This document shows positions 19,430 through 27,784 of a stretch of 64,000 nucleotides of DNA, piece by piece. Under the pieces are notes generated by a model. It was not told the origin of the DNA. It did not search any database and was given only the letters and a program-made list of their open reading frames with translations. The stretch spans positions 36,101 through 100,100 of the forward strand of contig CBDDCF010000030.1 in assembly GCA_965225995.1 (NCBI GenBank), given 5' to 3'. Made by a program: the position numbers and the translations under genes. Positions within the stretch are counted from its first letter, which is position 1; each line of letters opens with the position of its first letter. Origin of the DNA: Acidobacteriota bacterium. Its GTDB lineage: Bacteria; Acidobacteriota; UBA6911; RPQK01; CBDDCF01.

Positions 19430-20593
19430 GTGCACTGTCCGATAAGTTCCCGATGTTAATAGTGGCCGAGCGATTCGCGAGCATTTTGGACCTTTGCCAG
19501 GATTGAGTCAGCAGTGGCGCGCCACTTGAAGGGCTTGGCCAAGCGTTGATTGTGAACCCGAATATATCTTTTGATTTCCTGTCTCAACTCTTGGACGCTG
19601 CTGAAAGAGTTTCTGTAGATCGAACGGCGCTCCAGCTGTGAGAACCAGCTTTCGACGGCATTGAGCCAGGAGGCGCTAGTGGGCGTAAAGTGGAGGTGGT
19701 ATCGGGGCCGCTGGGCCAGCCAGCTTTGAACCTGCTTGGTCTTATGAGTGCTCGAGTTGTCCAGGATTAAGTGGACATCCAGTTCGGGCTCGACCGCTTG
19801 ATCAATCTGGCGGAGAAAAGCCAGGAACTCCTTGGCTCGGTGCCTATTGGTGATGCGGCCCATGACCTCACCTGTCACCACATCGAATGCGGCATACAGA
19901 CTGGCTGTACCGTGGCGCTTGTAATCGTGTGTCCGGCGTTGGATCTGTCCCGGTCTGAGCTGGAGCATCGGCTGAGTTCTATCCAGAGCCTGGATCTCAG
20001 TTTTCTCGTCCACGGATAGAACCAGCGCATTGTCGGGCGGATCCATATACAGCCCCACCACATCGATTACCTTTTCGGCGAAGTGAGGATCGTTGCTGAT
20101 TTTAAAGTTGCGGACTCGATGCGGCTTCAGGTCGGCTGCCTTCCAGATCTGGGCGACTTGATGTTTGCTCACTCCGGAGTGTTCGGCCATCAGTCGCACA
20201 CTCCAGTAGGTCGATTCCCGTGGGATGCGTTCAACGGTGGCTTTGAGAATAGCTCGCACATTGGCATGCGATAGCTTCCGCGGACGGCCCGATCGAGGTC
20301 GATCCTCCAGTCCTGACACTCCCTGCTCAAGATAGCGCCTGCGCCACATTTGCACACTCATTAGCCGCTTGGAGAGCCTTTCCGCAACTTCAGTCGCCGT
20401 CAGCCCCTGGCCGCAAGCCAGAATTATTTGAGCCCGTTCGGCCAAGACTCGATCGGTCTTGGAAGCCCGCAACCAGGACTCCAGTATTCTTCGATCATGT
20501 TCGGGTAGCTTTAGTCGAATGTGGGGTCTTGCCATGCCCAACAATAGCAAACTACCCTGACAATTAACATCGGTAACTTTCCGGACAGTGCAC
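19430..20593 (-). mobile_element. IS630-family insertion sequence (1164 bp), flanked by TA
   Basis: Imperfect ~31-bp terminal inverted repeats: GTGCACTGTCCGATAAGTTCCCGATGTTAAT at the left end, and the reverse complement of GTGCACTGTCCGGAAAGTTACCGATGTTAAT at the right end. TA at 19428-19429 and 20594-20595. Confidence 0.8.
19456..20535 (-). CDS. IS630-family (Tc1/mariner-like) DDE transposase
   Basis: N-terminal HTH, DDE region (LILDNSSTHKT ... HFTPTSASWLNAVE). Confidence 0.85.
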   Translation of the reverse strand: MARPHIRLKLPEHDRRILESWLRASKTDRVLAERAQIILACGQGLTATEVAERLSKRLMSVQMWRRRYLEQGVSGLEDRPRSGRPRKLSHANVRAILKATVERIPRESTYWSVRLMAEHSGVSKHQVAQIWKAADLKPHRVRNFKISNDPHFAEKVIDVVGLYMDPPDNALVLSVDEKTEIQALDRTQPMLQLRPGQIQRRTHDYKRHGTASLYAAFDVVTGEVMGRITNRHRAKEFLAFLRQIDQAVEPELDVHLILDNSSTHKTKQVQSWLAQRPRYHLHFTPTSASWLNAVESWFSQLERRSIYRNSFSSVQELRQEIKRYIRVHNQRLAKPFKWRATADSILAKVQNARESLGHY

Positions 20594-20882
20594 TAGTGCA
20601 CCTGTACAATGCGGCCTAGTGCACCTGGAACCTGTCCGAGTAATGGGGTGAGGGTGCGAACATGGGTCTTGCCTTCAATCCTTTGAAACAAGAGTCTTTT
20701 CACCTACACCCAGATTCAACCAGGGTACCATTTTCCTCCGTCAACCAGCTCAGTCAACGGAAAGACAGTCGCAAGACTCGGAAATTGGGGAGGCAGGTTC
20801 TGATCCTATCCGGATACCAAAACGGCAGCTCGATTTCTTGTAGACTTGCCAGGTTACCGGCAACGGCGCCGCTGCCTAGCCG

Positions 20883-21587
20883 CTATTGCGAGATGGTTCT
20901 CTGAGGCGTGTTGGTGTAGAGCACCCTTCCGTCAGGCAACGTAATTCGATGAACCCGCTGGAAGCGGTCTTCTTCCGCCTCGGACTGGAGGACATTCTGA
21001 GTCAGGTCGTAACGGACGGAGACTTTCTTCAGGTAGTTTCTCGTCTCCGCGTAGGGAGGTGTTCCACCGAAGCGCCTGACCGCATTCTCGCCGGCGTTGT
21101 AGGCGGCCGCAACATTCTCCAGATCGCCGTCAAAGAAGTCGAGCAGGTAGCGTAGGTACTGGACTCCCCCTTCGATGTTTTGCGCGGGGTCGAAGACGTC
21201 GTCGACGCCAAATCGCTTGGCCGTGTCGGGATGTAGTTGCATCAGCCCTTTGCAATTCTTCTCCGATACAGCGAATGGATCGAAACCACTCTCCACCGCC
21301 ATGATGGCTTCGACCAACAAGGGATCGACGTCGTGACGAGTTGCTGAGTCCTCAATCAAGGGTCGGAAAAGAGCGGCCCCACGAGCGGTTGATCGATCCG
21401 GTCGGCGGTCGGCTCGGATGATTTCTGGAATCGCCGCCACCGGGCCGGATGTGTCTTCGCCTCGGCTGGGGGCGTTGGTATACACTCGGATTCCGTTCTC
21501 GTTGATGTAAGAGAAGATCCGATCCTTGGCTAGAGCCGGAGCCGACAAGGCCATCAATAGCAAAAACGACGCCGTAAATCTTTCCAT
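20883..21587 (-). CDS. Lytic transglycosylase (SLT domain), secreted
   Basis: Signal peptide MERFTASFLLLMALSAPALA. SLT catalytic motif AIMAVESGFDPFAVS...GLMQL. Confidence 0.75.
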   Translation of the reverse strand: MERFTASFLLLMALSAPALAKDRIFSYINENGIRVYTNAPSRGEDTSGPVAAIPEIIRADRRPDRSTARGAALFRPLIEDSATRHDVDPLLVEAIMAVESGFDPFAVSEKNCKGLMQLHPDTAKRFGVDDVFDPAQNIEGGVQYLRYLLDFFDGDLENVAAAYNAGENAVRRFGGTPPYAETRNYLKKVSVRYDLTQNVLQSEAEEDRFQRVHRITLPDGRVLYTNTPQRTISQ

Positions 21588-21818
21588 GCCACTCTTAAGG
21601 ATGAACAAAACGTCATTAAAGTCGGGTGATGCACGGCACAAAACTGATTTCTCGGCCAATCGCCAGCAAAAGTATCCTTGAATGTGCTTTGCCACTTGGC
21701 ACCAATTATTCCTTTCGAATCTATCACGAATGGCTTCGAAGGGTAATGGAGTGCGGTAGCGCAAAACTCGGAAATTGGGGATGTAGAGTGCTGATCCTGT
21801 CGTCCAAACCCAGTCAGA

Positions 21819-21866
21819 CCGGATGATCCCGGCCCTGTAGCCGAAAACTTGTGAATGATCCGGGCC
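21819..21866 (+). repeat. MITE-like ~48-bp element, copy A
   Basis: GGATGATCCCGGCCCTGTAGCCGAAAACTTGTGAATGATCCGGGCC. Related copies at 24142, 29816 and 54418 (the last in opposite orientation). Confidence 0.4.
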
Positions 21867-21892
21867 AAATCCCCCATGCTATACTCGCCCCG

Positions 21893-22492
21893 ATGTCGGG
21901 TGTGATCACGGACCGCAAGGATGTTCCCCAAGCCCAACTCCCGACCCGTTTCGGAGAGTTCCGGATCTATGGTTTCGAGAACGAAGTGGATGGGGAACAG
22001 GCGGTGGCCCTGGTGTCTGGAGTGCTGGTGCACCAGGTACCTCTGGTGAGGATTCACTCCCAGTGCCTGACCGGCGACCTCTTTCACTCCTTGCGTTGTG
22101 ATTGTGGGGAGCAGCTGGAGCGGGCGTTGGAGGCGATTACCCAGGCTCGGGCAGGCATTCTCATTTACCAGATGCAGGAGGGTCGTGGAATCGGGCTGAT
22201 CAACAAATTGCGAGCCTACCAGCTGCAAGATCAGGGAATTGATACCGTCGAAGCCAATGTTCGCCTGGGCTTTGAAGCGGACCAGCGCTCCTATGGTTTC
22301 TGTGCCGAGATCCTCAAGTACTTTGAGGCGCGAGAAATTCGGCTCTTGTCCAACAATCCAGAGAAAATCCGGGGCTTGGAACAGGAGGGAATTCAGGTTC
22401 GGGAACGCGTCCCGCTGGTCGTTGCTGCATCGAGCCTATCCGCCCGCTATCTTCAGACCAAGAAAGAGAAACTGGGTCACCTCTTGGATTAA
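21893..22492 (+). CDS. ribA: GTP cyclohydrolase II (RibA)
   Basis: RIHSQCLTGD, FHSLRCDCG and RAYQLQDQGIDTVEAN motifs. The upstream in-frame ATG at 21851 lies inside MITE copy A, so 21893 is preferred. Confidence 0.85.
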   Translation: MSGVITDRKDVPQAQLPTRFGEFRIYGFENEVDGEQAVALVSGVLVHQVPLVRIHSQCLTGDLFHSLRCDCGEQLERALEAITQARAGILIYQMQEGRGIGLINKLRAYQLQDQGIDTVEANVRLGFEADQRSYGFCAEILKYFEAREIRLLSNNPEKIRGLEQEGIQVRERVPLVVAASSLSARYLQTKKEKLGHLLD

Positions 22493-22580
22493 CTCCCAAC
22501 TCACAAGTAATTTAGAAATCCGACTGGAATTCCCTGAAGTCTACCCAGCTTCCGGTGGTGAGTTGGAAGTTGGGAGTTAA
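22490..22580. terminator. Large hairpin between the convergent ribA and thioredoxin-like genes, built from CTCCCAA-type repeats; putative bidirectional terminator
   Basis: Left arm TAACTCCCAACTCACAAG pairs with right arm GGTGAGTTGGAAGTTGGGAGTTAA. A related hairpin lies at 41656-41760. Confidence 0.45.
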
Positions 22581-22588
22581 TCCGGAAG

Positions 22589-23458
22589 TTATTTGCCAGT
22601 TATTTCAGAGTTGATTTCACCCACCAGCCGTGCAACCCAGGCGCGGGATTGATGATTCTGGAAGCGCTCCAGGTAGCGATTGAAGACATCTCGGGCCTTT
22701 TTCTTTTCCCCACCATAGTAGTGAATCCGCCCCGCCAGGATGGCTCCGTCCGGTAGAAATTCGCTTTCCGGAAATCTGTCCTCGAGCTGTCGTGTCAGTT
22801 CGAGAGCCTCTTTCTCGCTTCCCGACGAGGCCCGGGCCAGCGCTGAGTAATAGAGGGCGGCGTCGCTGGCTTGATGTTGATTCTGCGGGTCCTGCGCCAC
22901 TACCGTCGAGAAATAGCGAATAGCCGTCGCAAAGTCGCCCCGGGTCAGGAATTTCTGGCCCAATGAATAATGCGCCTCGACCGCCTCGGGATTTTCAGCC
23001 ACGAGCCTCTGGAGAGCAAGTAGTGAACTGGGGCCATAAAGATAGAAATCGACCTGCTTCTGAAATCTCGAGGGAGCCATGAATCCGGTCAAGCGATCGA
23101 TCTCACGGGCTTCCGAATTCAGGATGAAAATCGTGGGGTAATTGGCCACCCCGTTTTCCTCCCGCAAACGAATGCCGGCCGGATCTTGCTCGGCATTCAG
23201 TTTCACCCACTGAAAGCGCGGACCCATTTCCGCGATCACCGTGGGATCATTGAATGTGTCTCGCTCCATCGCCGCGCAGTAGCCGCACCAGTCTGTATAC
23301 AGGTAGACCAGCAGAGGTTGTCGGCCCTCCGACGCGCGCACGAGCGCCCCCTCGAAGTGGCGCGACCAGGGTAACGAGGGTCGAGCTCCGAGCTGCAGGA
23401 ACACACTCCCGCTGGTTGCCGCGGTAAGCAATAGAATGACTCCCAAGGAACGCTTCAC
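22589..23458 (-). CDS. Thioredoxin-fold protein with C-terminal TPR-like region, secreted
   Basis: Signal peptide. YTDWCGYCAAM motif, with the CxxC (CGYC) centred in a thioredoxin-like domain. Helical TPR-like C-terminus. Confidence 0.6.
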   Translation of the reverse strand: MKRSLGVILLLTAATSGSVFLQLGARPSLPWSRHFEGALVRASEGRQPLLVYLYTDWCGYCAAMERDTFNDPTVIAEMGPRFQWVKLNAEQDPAGIRLREENGVANYPTIFILNSEAREIDRLTGFMAPSRFQKQVDFYLYGPSSLLALQRLVAENPEAVEAHYSLGQKFLTRGDFATAIRYFSTVVAQDPQNQHQASDAALYYSALARASSGSEKEALELTRQLEDRFPESEFLPDGAILAGRIHYYGGEKKKARDVFNRYLERFQNHQSRAWVARLVGEINSEITGK

Positions 23459-24204
23459 TGGGGACTCGCTCCCCGTCTGATGTCGTCGGCAGTTTGGAAC
23501 TCTCCATCCGGCCCAGCCGAACGAAGATCGTAAGTCGCCTCTGAAATCCGATGAAAGTAAAAGCCTCGCGACCAGGGATCGAGCCGGATCACCTGAGTCA
23601 GGTAAAGAGGACTCAGAGCGTCGATCAGTTGCTGGAAGTCTTCGGCTGCGGGCAACTCCCCGTAGCTGGATCGATAGCTCTCAATGGCACTCTGAATGTC
23701 CGCCAGTTGGCGACCTGCTATTTGCTCACGCTGCTGGCTGATCGCGGCCAGAATCACATCCGCCTTTTCCCAACGCCGATCTCCCAGCCTGATTTCTTCC
23801 AGGTGCCAGGACTCCCCCACCCGGCGCAATTTGAGAGCGGTTTGAATCTTCACTTCGGCGATCGCCAGATCGCCACTCTGCTGGACGTCCAGGATCTCGA
23901 TCTCATCTTTCTTGAGTTGGGCATTGTCCAGATTGCGGATACTCTCCTTCATCTGTTGATCCAGATTCTTGCCGCAGCCGGTTACCACCAGAACGAGCAG
24001 GAAGGCTAACCCGCGTAATTCACAAGGTATCGAAGCGAAGGGTCGCAAGCGGCGCGCTGACAAGACTTTACGCCCGAGGGCCGCGCGGGCATAGTCTTGC
24101 ACTCTGCTGAGCAGCCGGAGGGTGGGCAACGCAGTCAGCAGGGATGATAGCGGGCCTGCAGCCGACAATTTGTGAATGATGCGGGCTAAGATTCGGTTCT
24201 GCAT
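23455..24204 (-). CDS. Lipoprotein with type II secretion pseudopilin (GspG)-like C-terminal domain; true start uncertain
   Basis: Lipobox LLVLVVTGC. C-terminal DPWSRGFYF...RSAGPDGEFQTADDI resembles the GspG C-domain. The first ~60 codons of the ORF translate MITE copy D and are probably not coding. Confidence 0.4.
   Translation of the reverse strand: MQNRILARIIHKLSAAGPLSSLLTALPTLRLLSRVQDYARAALGRKVLSARRLRPFASIPCELRGLAFLLVLVVTGCGKNLDQQMKESIRNLDNAQLKKDEIEILDVQQSGDLAIAEVKIQTALKLRRVGESWHLEEIRLGDRRWEKADVILAAISQQREQIAGRQLADIQSAIESYRSSYGELPAAEDFQQLIDALSPLYLTQVIRLDPWSRGFYFHRISEATYDLRSAGPDGEFQTADDIRRGASPQ
24142..24190 (+). repeat. MITE-like element, copy D
   Basis: GGATGATAGCGGGCCTGCAGCCGACAATTTGTGAATGATGCGGGCTAAG. 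Confidence 0.4.
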
Positions 24205-24307
24205 ACCGGCTCAATATAGCACAGCAAAGACTCCTTTTCGGCGGCCCGTCCCGATTCCCACATGTGTCAGGACAACCTGCTAGGATAGGTGAATAAAAGG
24301 TGAAATT

Positions 24308-25177
24308 ATGAAACAAAAACTGCTCTTTGAGTCGAATCATCAGCGAAGCGATCGATGGGTTCTCTCGTTTCGGAGGAGATTGTCTTCCCGATCCGGTTTC
24401 GCAGATCAAGACTCGGACCAGGGGAGGATGATTCAGGCCTACTCGTGGCCTGTCCTCGAGAAAGCCGGAGGAGGCAAGGTCCCTCTACTCCGGGAAGCCA
24501 GAACCCGAGGGCCCCGGCAGATCCTGATTGGGAGCCTGGGTGACCCTTATGCCAGTGACGCGAGCTGCGTGCTGACACGGGGAGTGCTCGAAGCCTGGTC
24601 GCGGGAGTGGGGCAAATCGATTTGGCTGATTACTCGTTCCTCTCGAGTGGAGCGCGATCTTCATCTGCTACGAGCCTTAAGCTCCCGTCACCAGCTCTTG
24701 GTTTCGGTGATGTTCAGTACGTTGGATCGGACTCTGGCAGAGCAGTTGGAGCCTGGCTGCTGTGCTCCCCGAGAACGACTGCAGGCCCTGTCCCGACTCT
24801 CCCGGGCCGGAATTGGGACCGGGGGACTGCTGGTGCCGATCCTGCCCGGAGTCAACGATACCTTCCCCGTCTTGGAGGGGTTGATGGGAGCTCTCGTGGA
24901 GGCTGGTATCAGTCATCTCAAGGTGGCAGCGGTGCGCCTGAGGAATGCTGAGAAGAGAGAGGCTTGCCTCAGCTTCCTGGAGCGGCTGGGTCCTGTGCAG
25001 GGTGAAGCCGCGCGCACGAGGTTCATGGGAGGAGCAGAGCCTTCCCTGGATTACCAGCGGATGGTGGCAACCCGGATTCGAGTTTTGCGTCAGAAATTCG
25101 GGCTGGCGACAGACGATTCGCATCCTCGCAGGCTCCTCCAGTTGTCGCTGCTTAGGGGAGGTCCGGTGGCGGCCTGA
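24308..25177 (+). CDS. Hypothetical protein resembling SplB/'DNA repair photolyase' radical-SAM TIM-barrel proteins but lacking the CxxxCxxC cluster motif
   Basis: C-terminal AGIGTGGLLVPILPGVND motif is typical of COG1533-like proteins. The N-terminal GDPYASDASCV segment has a single Cys where the CxxxCxxC would be. Confidence 0.3.
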   Translation: MKQKLLFESNHQRSDRWVLSFRRRLSSRSGFADQDSDQGRMIQAYSWPVLEKAGGGKVPLLREARTRGPRQILIGSLGDPYASDASCVLTRGVLEAWSREWGKSIWLITRSSRVERDLHLLRALSSRHQLLVSVMFSTLDRTLAEQLEPGCCAPRERLQALSRLSRAGIGTGGLLVPILPGVNDTFPVLEGLMGALVEAGISHLKVAAVRLRNAEKREACLSFLERLGPVQGEAARTRFMGGAEPSLDYQRMVATRIRVLRQKFGLATDDSHPRRLLQLSLLRGGPVAA

Positions 25178-25237
25178 GCTAAGAGCCTGTCCGAGTATTG
25201 GTGGCGGATTGCGTACCAGGGTCTCGCCAAGTTTCTT

Positions 25238-25550
25238 TCTTGAATGATCCGGCGCAGCCGGTGGACGGGCTAAGATGACACTTGATTTGTGGGACGAGTA
25301 TGGCACAGGCTTTCTTGGAGTTCTCTCCCTGGATGGCATTGAAGTGGTTTCGGATGTGGGAGGGGCCGTTCCCAGGCCGCGAAAGGGCCGTCAGGCCCGA
25401 CTATGAAGATCTTATTTTATTAAGATCGCCGTCTCAGAAGGCGCCTCCCACGGTTTTGAAACACCGCTTTCCTCCGCGACACCATCCCCCGTTGTGGCTT
25501 CCCGGGAGCTCAAGTTACTTTCCTGAATGATCCGGCCACCGGCCGGGGGA
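25238..25550 (+). repeat. ~265-bp structured repeat, copy 1 (core 25270-25527), flanked by ~35-bp MITE-like direct repeats
   Basis: Core starts CTAAGATGACACTTGATTTGTGGGACG. ~85% identical to 52249-52515. Flanking gaatgatccgg...gggctaa segments lie at 25241-25274 and 25516-25550. Confidence 0.6.
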
Positions 25551-25666
25551 TGGGCTAACCTGAAACTTTCTAAGGCGCTGCAAGCGCTTCCTGGTTTGGG
25601 ATGTCAGAGTTGATGAATGGGGTAGGAAACGAATCCAGGCCGAAAATCGGCTACTATGGGAAACCC

Positions 25667-27784
25667 ATGAAGTCATTGCTGGGGCTCCCCGTTCAAGGCA
25701 TTTCGGGAATTGCCGGCAAGCGGGCCGCCGTCCTTGAAGGAGCAGGCATTTGCACGCTCGAGGACATGCTCTGCTACCAGCCGTTCCGCTATGAAGATCG
25801 ACGTGAGTTCCGTGCTTTGAGCCGTTTGGTGGAAGGCCGGAAGGTCCTGTTGCGGGGGCAAATCCGGGCCGCCGGCACCTTTCAAACCCCACGCAAGCGG
25901 GTGCGGATCTTCGAGGCCGTGGTGGCCGACGATTCAGGGAGCCTTCCCCTGAAGTTCTTTAATCAAGGTTATCTGGAAAAAGTCTTGCGTCGGGGGAGTG
26001 AGATCGTCCTCTACGGGGTTGCTCGCCGCGACTCCTACACGGGGCAGTTGACGATGGTGAATCCCGAATTCGAGCTGATCAATGCCGATCAGGATCAGGG
26101 GATTCATATGGGGCGAATTGTGCCGGTCTATCGGCGCATCGGCAATCTGCCGACCCGAGCCCTCCGGCAAATCATGTTTCGCGTTTTGCGCACTCTCTCG
26201 AGGGGCGATGTCGGAGACTTGCTTCCGGCCGAGCTCCTTGACAAGTATCGACTTCCGGGCCAGCTGGAGGCTTTTCAGCAGCTTCATTTTCCGGAGGTCG
26301 AGGGTTCTGGATTGGCTTTTGTGGAGAGCTTGAATGAGGCTCGCAGTCCGGCTCATCAGCGCTTCATCTTCGAAGAGTTCTTTCTCTTCCAACTGGGACT
26401 GGCGGAATTGAAGCGACGTCGACTGGTGGAGCCGCGTCCACGCAGTCTCGAGATCAAGCCGAAAATACGAGACGTGATCAAGCGAATCTTGCCCTTTCAC
26501 CCCACGGCGGCGCAAAAACGGGTATTGAAGGAAATTGTTGATGATCTGACTGGGGAGCGAGTCATGAGCCGGCTATTGCAAGGGGATGTCGGATCGGGAA
26601 AGACGATCGTAGCCTTGCAGGCGATGGTCGTGGCCCTCGAAAATGGTTTCCAGACCGCTTTGATGGCTCCTACTGAGTTGCTCGCAGAACAGCATCTGAG
26701 GACCTTTCGCGAGCGCTTTGAGCACGTTCCGTACAACATTCAATTTCTAAGTAGCCGGGTGAAGGGAAAAGAACGCAGAGACGTCCTAGACGAGGTGGCG
26801 GATGGTCGGGCCCAAATCGTCATAGGAACCCACGCGCTCTTCCAGGAAGATGTGCAGTTTGCCGATCTGGGGCTGGTCGTGATCGACGAGCAGCACCGCT
26901 TCGGGGTGGTACAGCGCTCCCAGCTGATGCACAAAGGGAGAAAGCCCGACACGCTGGTCATGACTGCTACTCCGATTCCCCGGAGTTTAGCCCTGACGGT
27001 GTATGGTGAGCTGGATCTATCCGTCATCGACGAGTTGCCGCCGGGTCGAAAGCCAATCGAGACCCGAGTCTGTGGCGAGGGGCAGCGCTCGGCAGTCTAC
27101 CAATTCTTGGATCGGGAATTCGAAGCTGGACGGCAAGCTTATGTAGTTTATCCGCTGGTGGAAGAGTCGGACAAATTGCAGCTCAAGGCGGCCACAGAGA
27201 TGGCGGCTCTCCTGCAGGAGAAGATATTTCCGGAACGTCAAGTAGGACTCGTACACGGGCGACTGAAGGGGGAGGAGAAGGAGGAGCTGATGCGCCGCTT
27301 CCAGTCTGCAGACTTGGATCTGCTGGTGGCGACAACAGTAATCGAGGCGGGTATCGATGTGTCAAATGCTACTGTGATGCTGGTCGAGCATGCCGATCGA
27401 TTCGGGCTCTCGCAACTCCATCAGCTGCGCGGTCGTATCGGGAGAGGAAGTCAGCGTAGCGTATGCATCCTGATGGTGAGCGATGAGATAACGGAAGAAG
27501 CGCGGCTGCGGCTCGAGATCATGGCCCAGACCAATGACGGTTTCAAGATTGCCGAGCGTGATCTTGAACTGCGCGGGCCAGGAGAGTTCGTGGGAACCCG
27601 CCAGTCGGGAGTACCGAATTTTCGTTTTGGCAATATCGTGCGCGATCGGCGCTGGCTAGAACTGGCCCGTGAGGAGGCCCAGAGCTGGTGGAAACGGCAA
27701 GATCCGAAATCTTCGGATCCGGCCCTGCTCTCCTCGGTGCGCAGCCAGTGGAAGCGCCGCTTTTCTCTTTTCGAAGTGGGATGA
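25667..27784 (+). CDS. recG: ATP-dependent DNA helicase RecG
   Basis: Wedge domain, helicase motifs GDVGSGKT, DEQHRFG, and QLHQLRGRIGRG. Start MKSLLGLPVQGISG at 25667 is preferred. Confidence 0.9.
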   Translation: MKSLLGLPVQGISGIAGKRAAVLEGAGICTLEDMLCYQPFRYEDRREFRALSRLVEGRKVLLRGQIRAAGTFQTPRKRVRIFEAVVADDSGSLPLKFFNQGYLEKVLRRGSEIVLYGVARRDSYTGQLTMVNPEFELINADQDQGIHMGRIVPVYRRIGNLPTRALRQIMFRVLRTLSRGDVGDLLPAELLDKYRLPGQLEAFQQLHFPEVEGSGLAFVESLNEARSPAHQRFIFEEFFLFQLGLAELKRRRLVEPRPRSLEIKPKIRDVIKRILPFHPTAAQKRVLKEIVDDLTGERVMSRLLQGDVGSGKTIVALQAMVVALENGFQTALMAPTELLAEQHLRTFRERFEHVPYNIQFLSSRVKGKERRDVLDEVADGRAQIVIGTHALFQEDVQFADLGLVVIDEQHRFGVVQRSQLMHKGRKPDTLVMTATPIPRSLALTVYGELDLSVIDELPPGRKPIETRVCGEGQRSAVYQFLDREFEAGRQAYVVYPLVEESDKLQLKAATEMAALLQEKIFPERQVGLVHGRLKGEEKEELMRRFQSADLDLLVATTVIEAGIDVSNATVMLVEHADRFGLSQLHQLRGRIGRGSQRSVCILMVSDEITEEARLRLEIMAQTNDGFKIAERDLELRGPGEFVGTRQSGVPNFRFGNIVRDRRWLELAREEAQSWWKRQDPKSSDPALLSSVRSQWKRRFSLFEVG

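Noticed and set aside
21588-21892. FMN riboswitch upstream of ribA
   Set aside because: The region is occupied by the transglycosylase 5' end, a dispersed repeat and MITE copy A. No FMN-element (RFN) conserved boxes were recognisable.
25282-25530. Small 'MICGT...' ORFs (25282..25530, 52261..52593, 38118..38468) as a conserved small-protein family
   Set aside because: The copies differ by a 2-nt indel that changes the reading frame mid-way, so the protein sequences diverge. Conservation is at nucleotide and structure level, hence a non-coding repeat.
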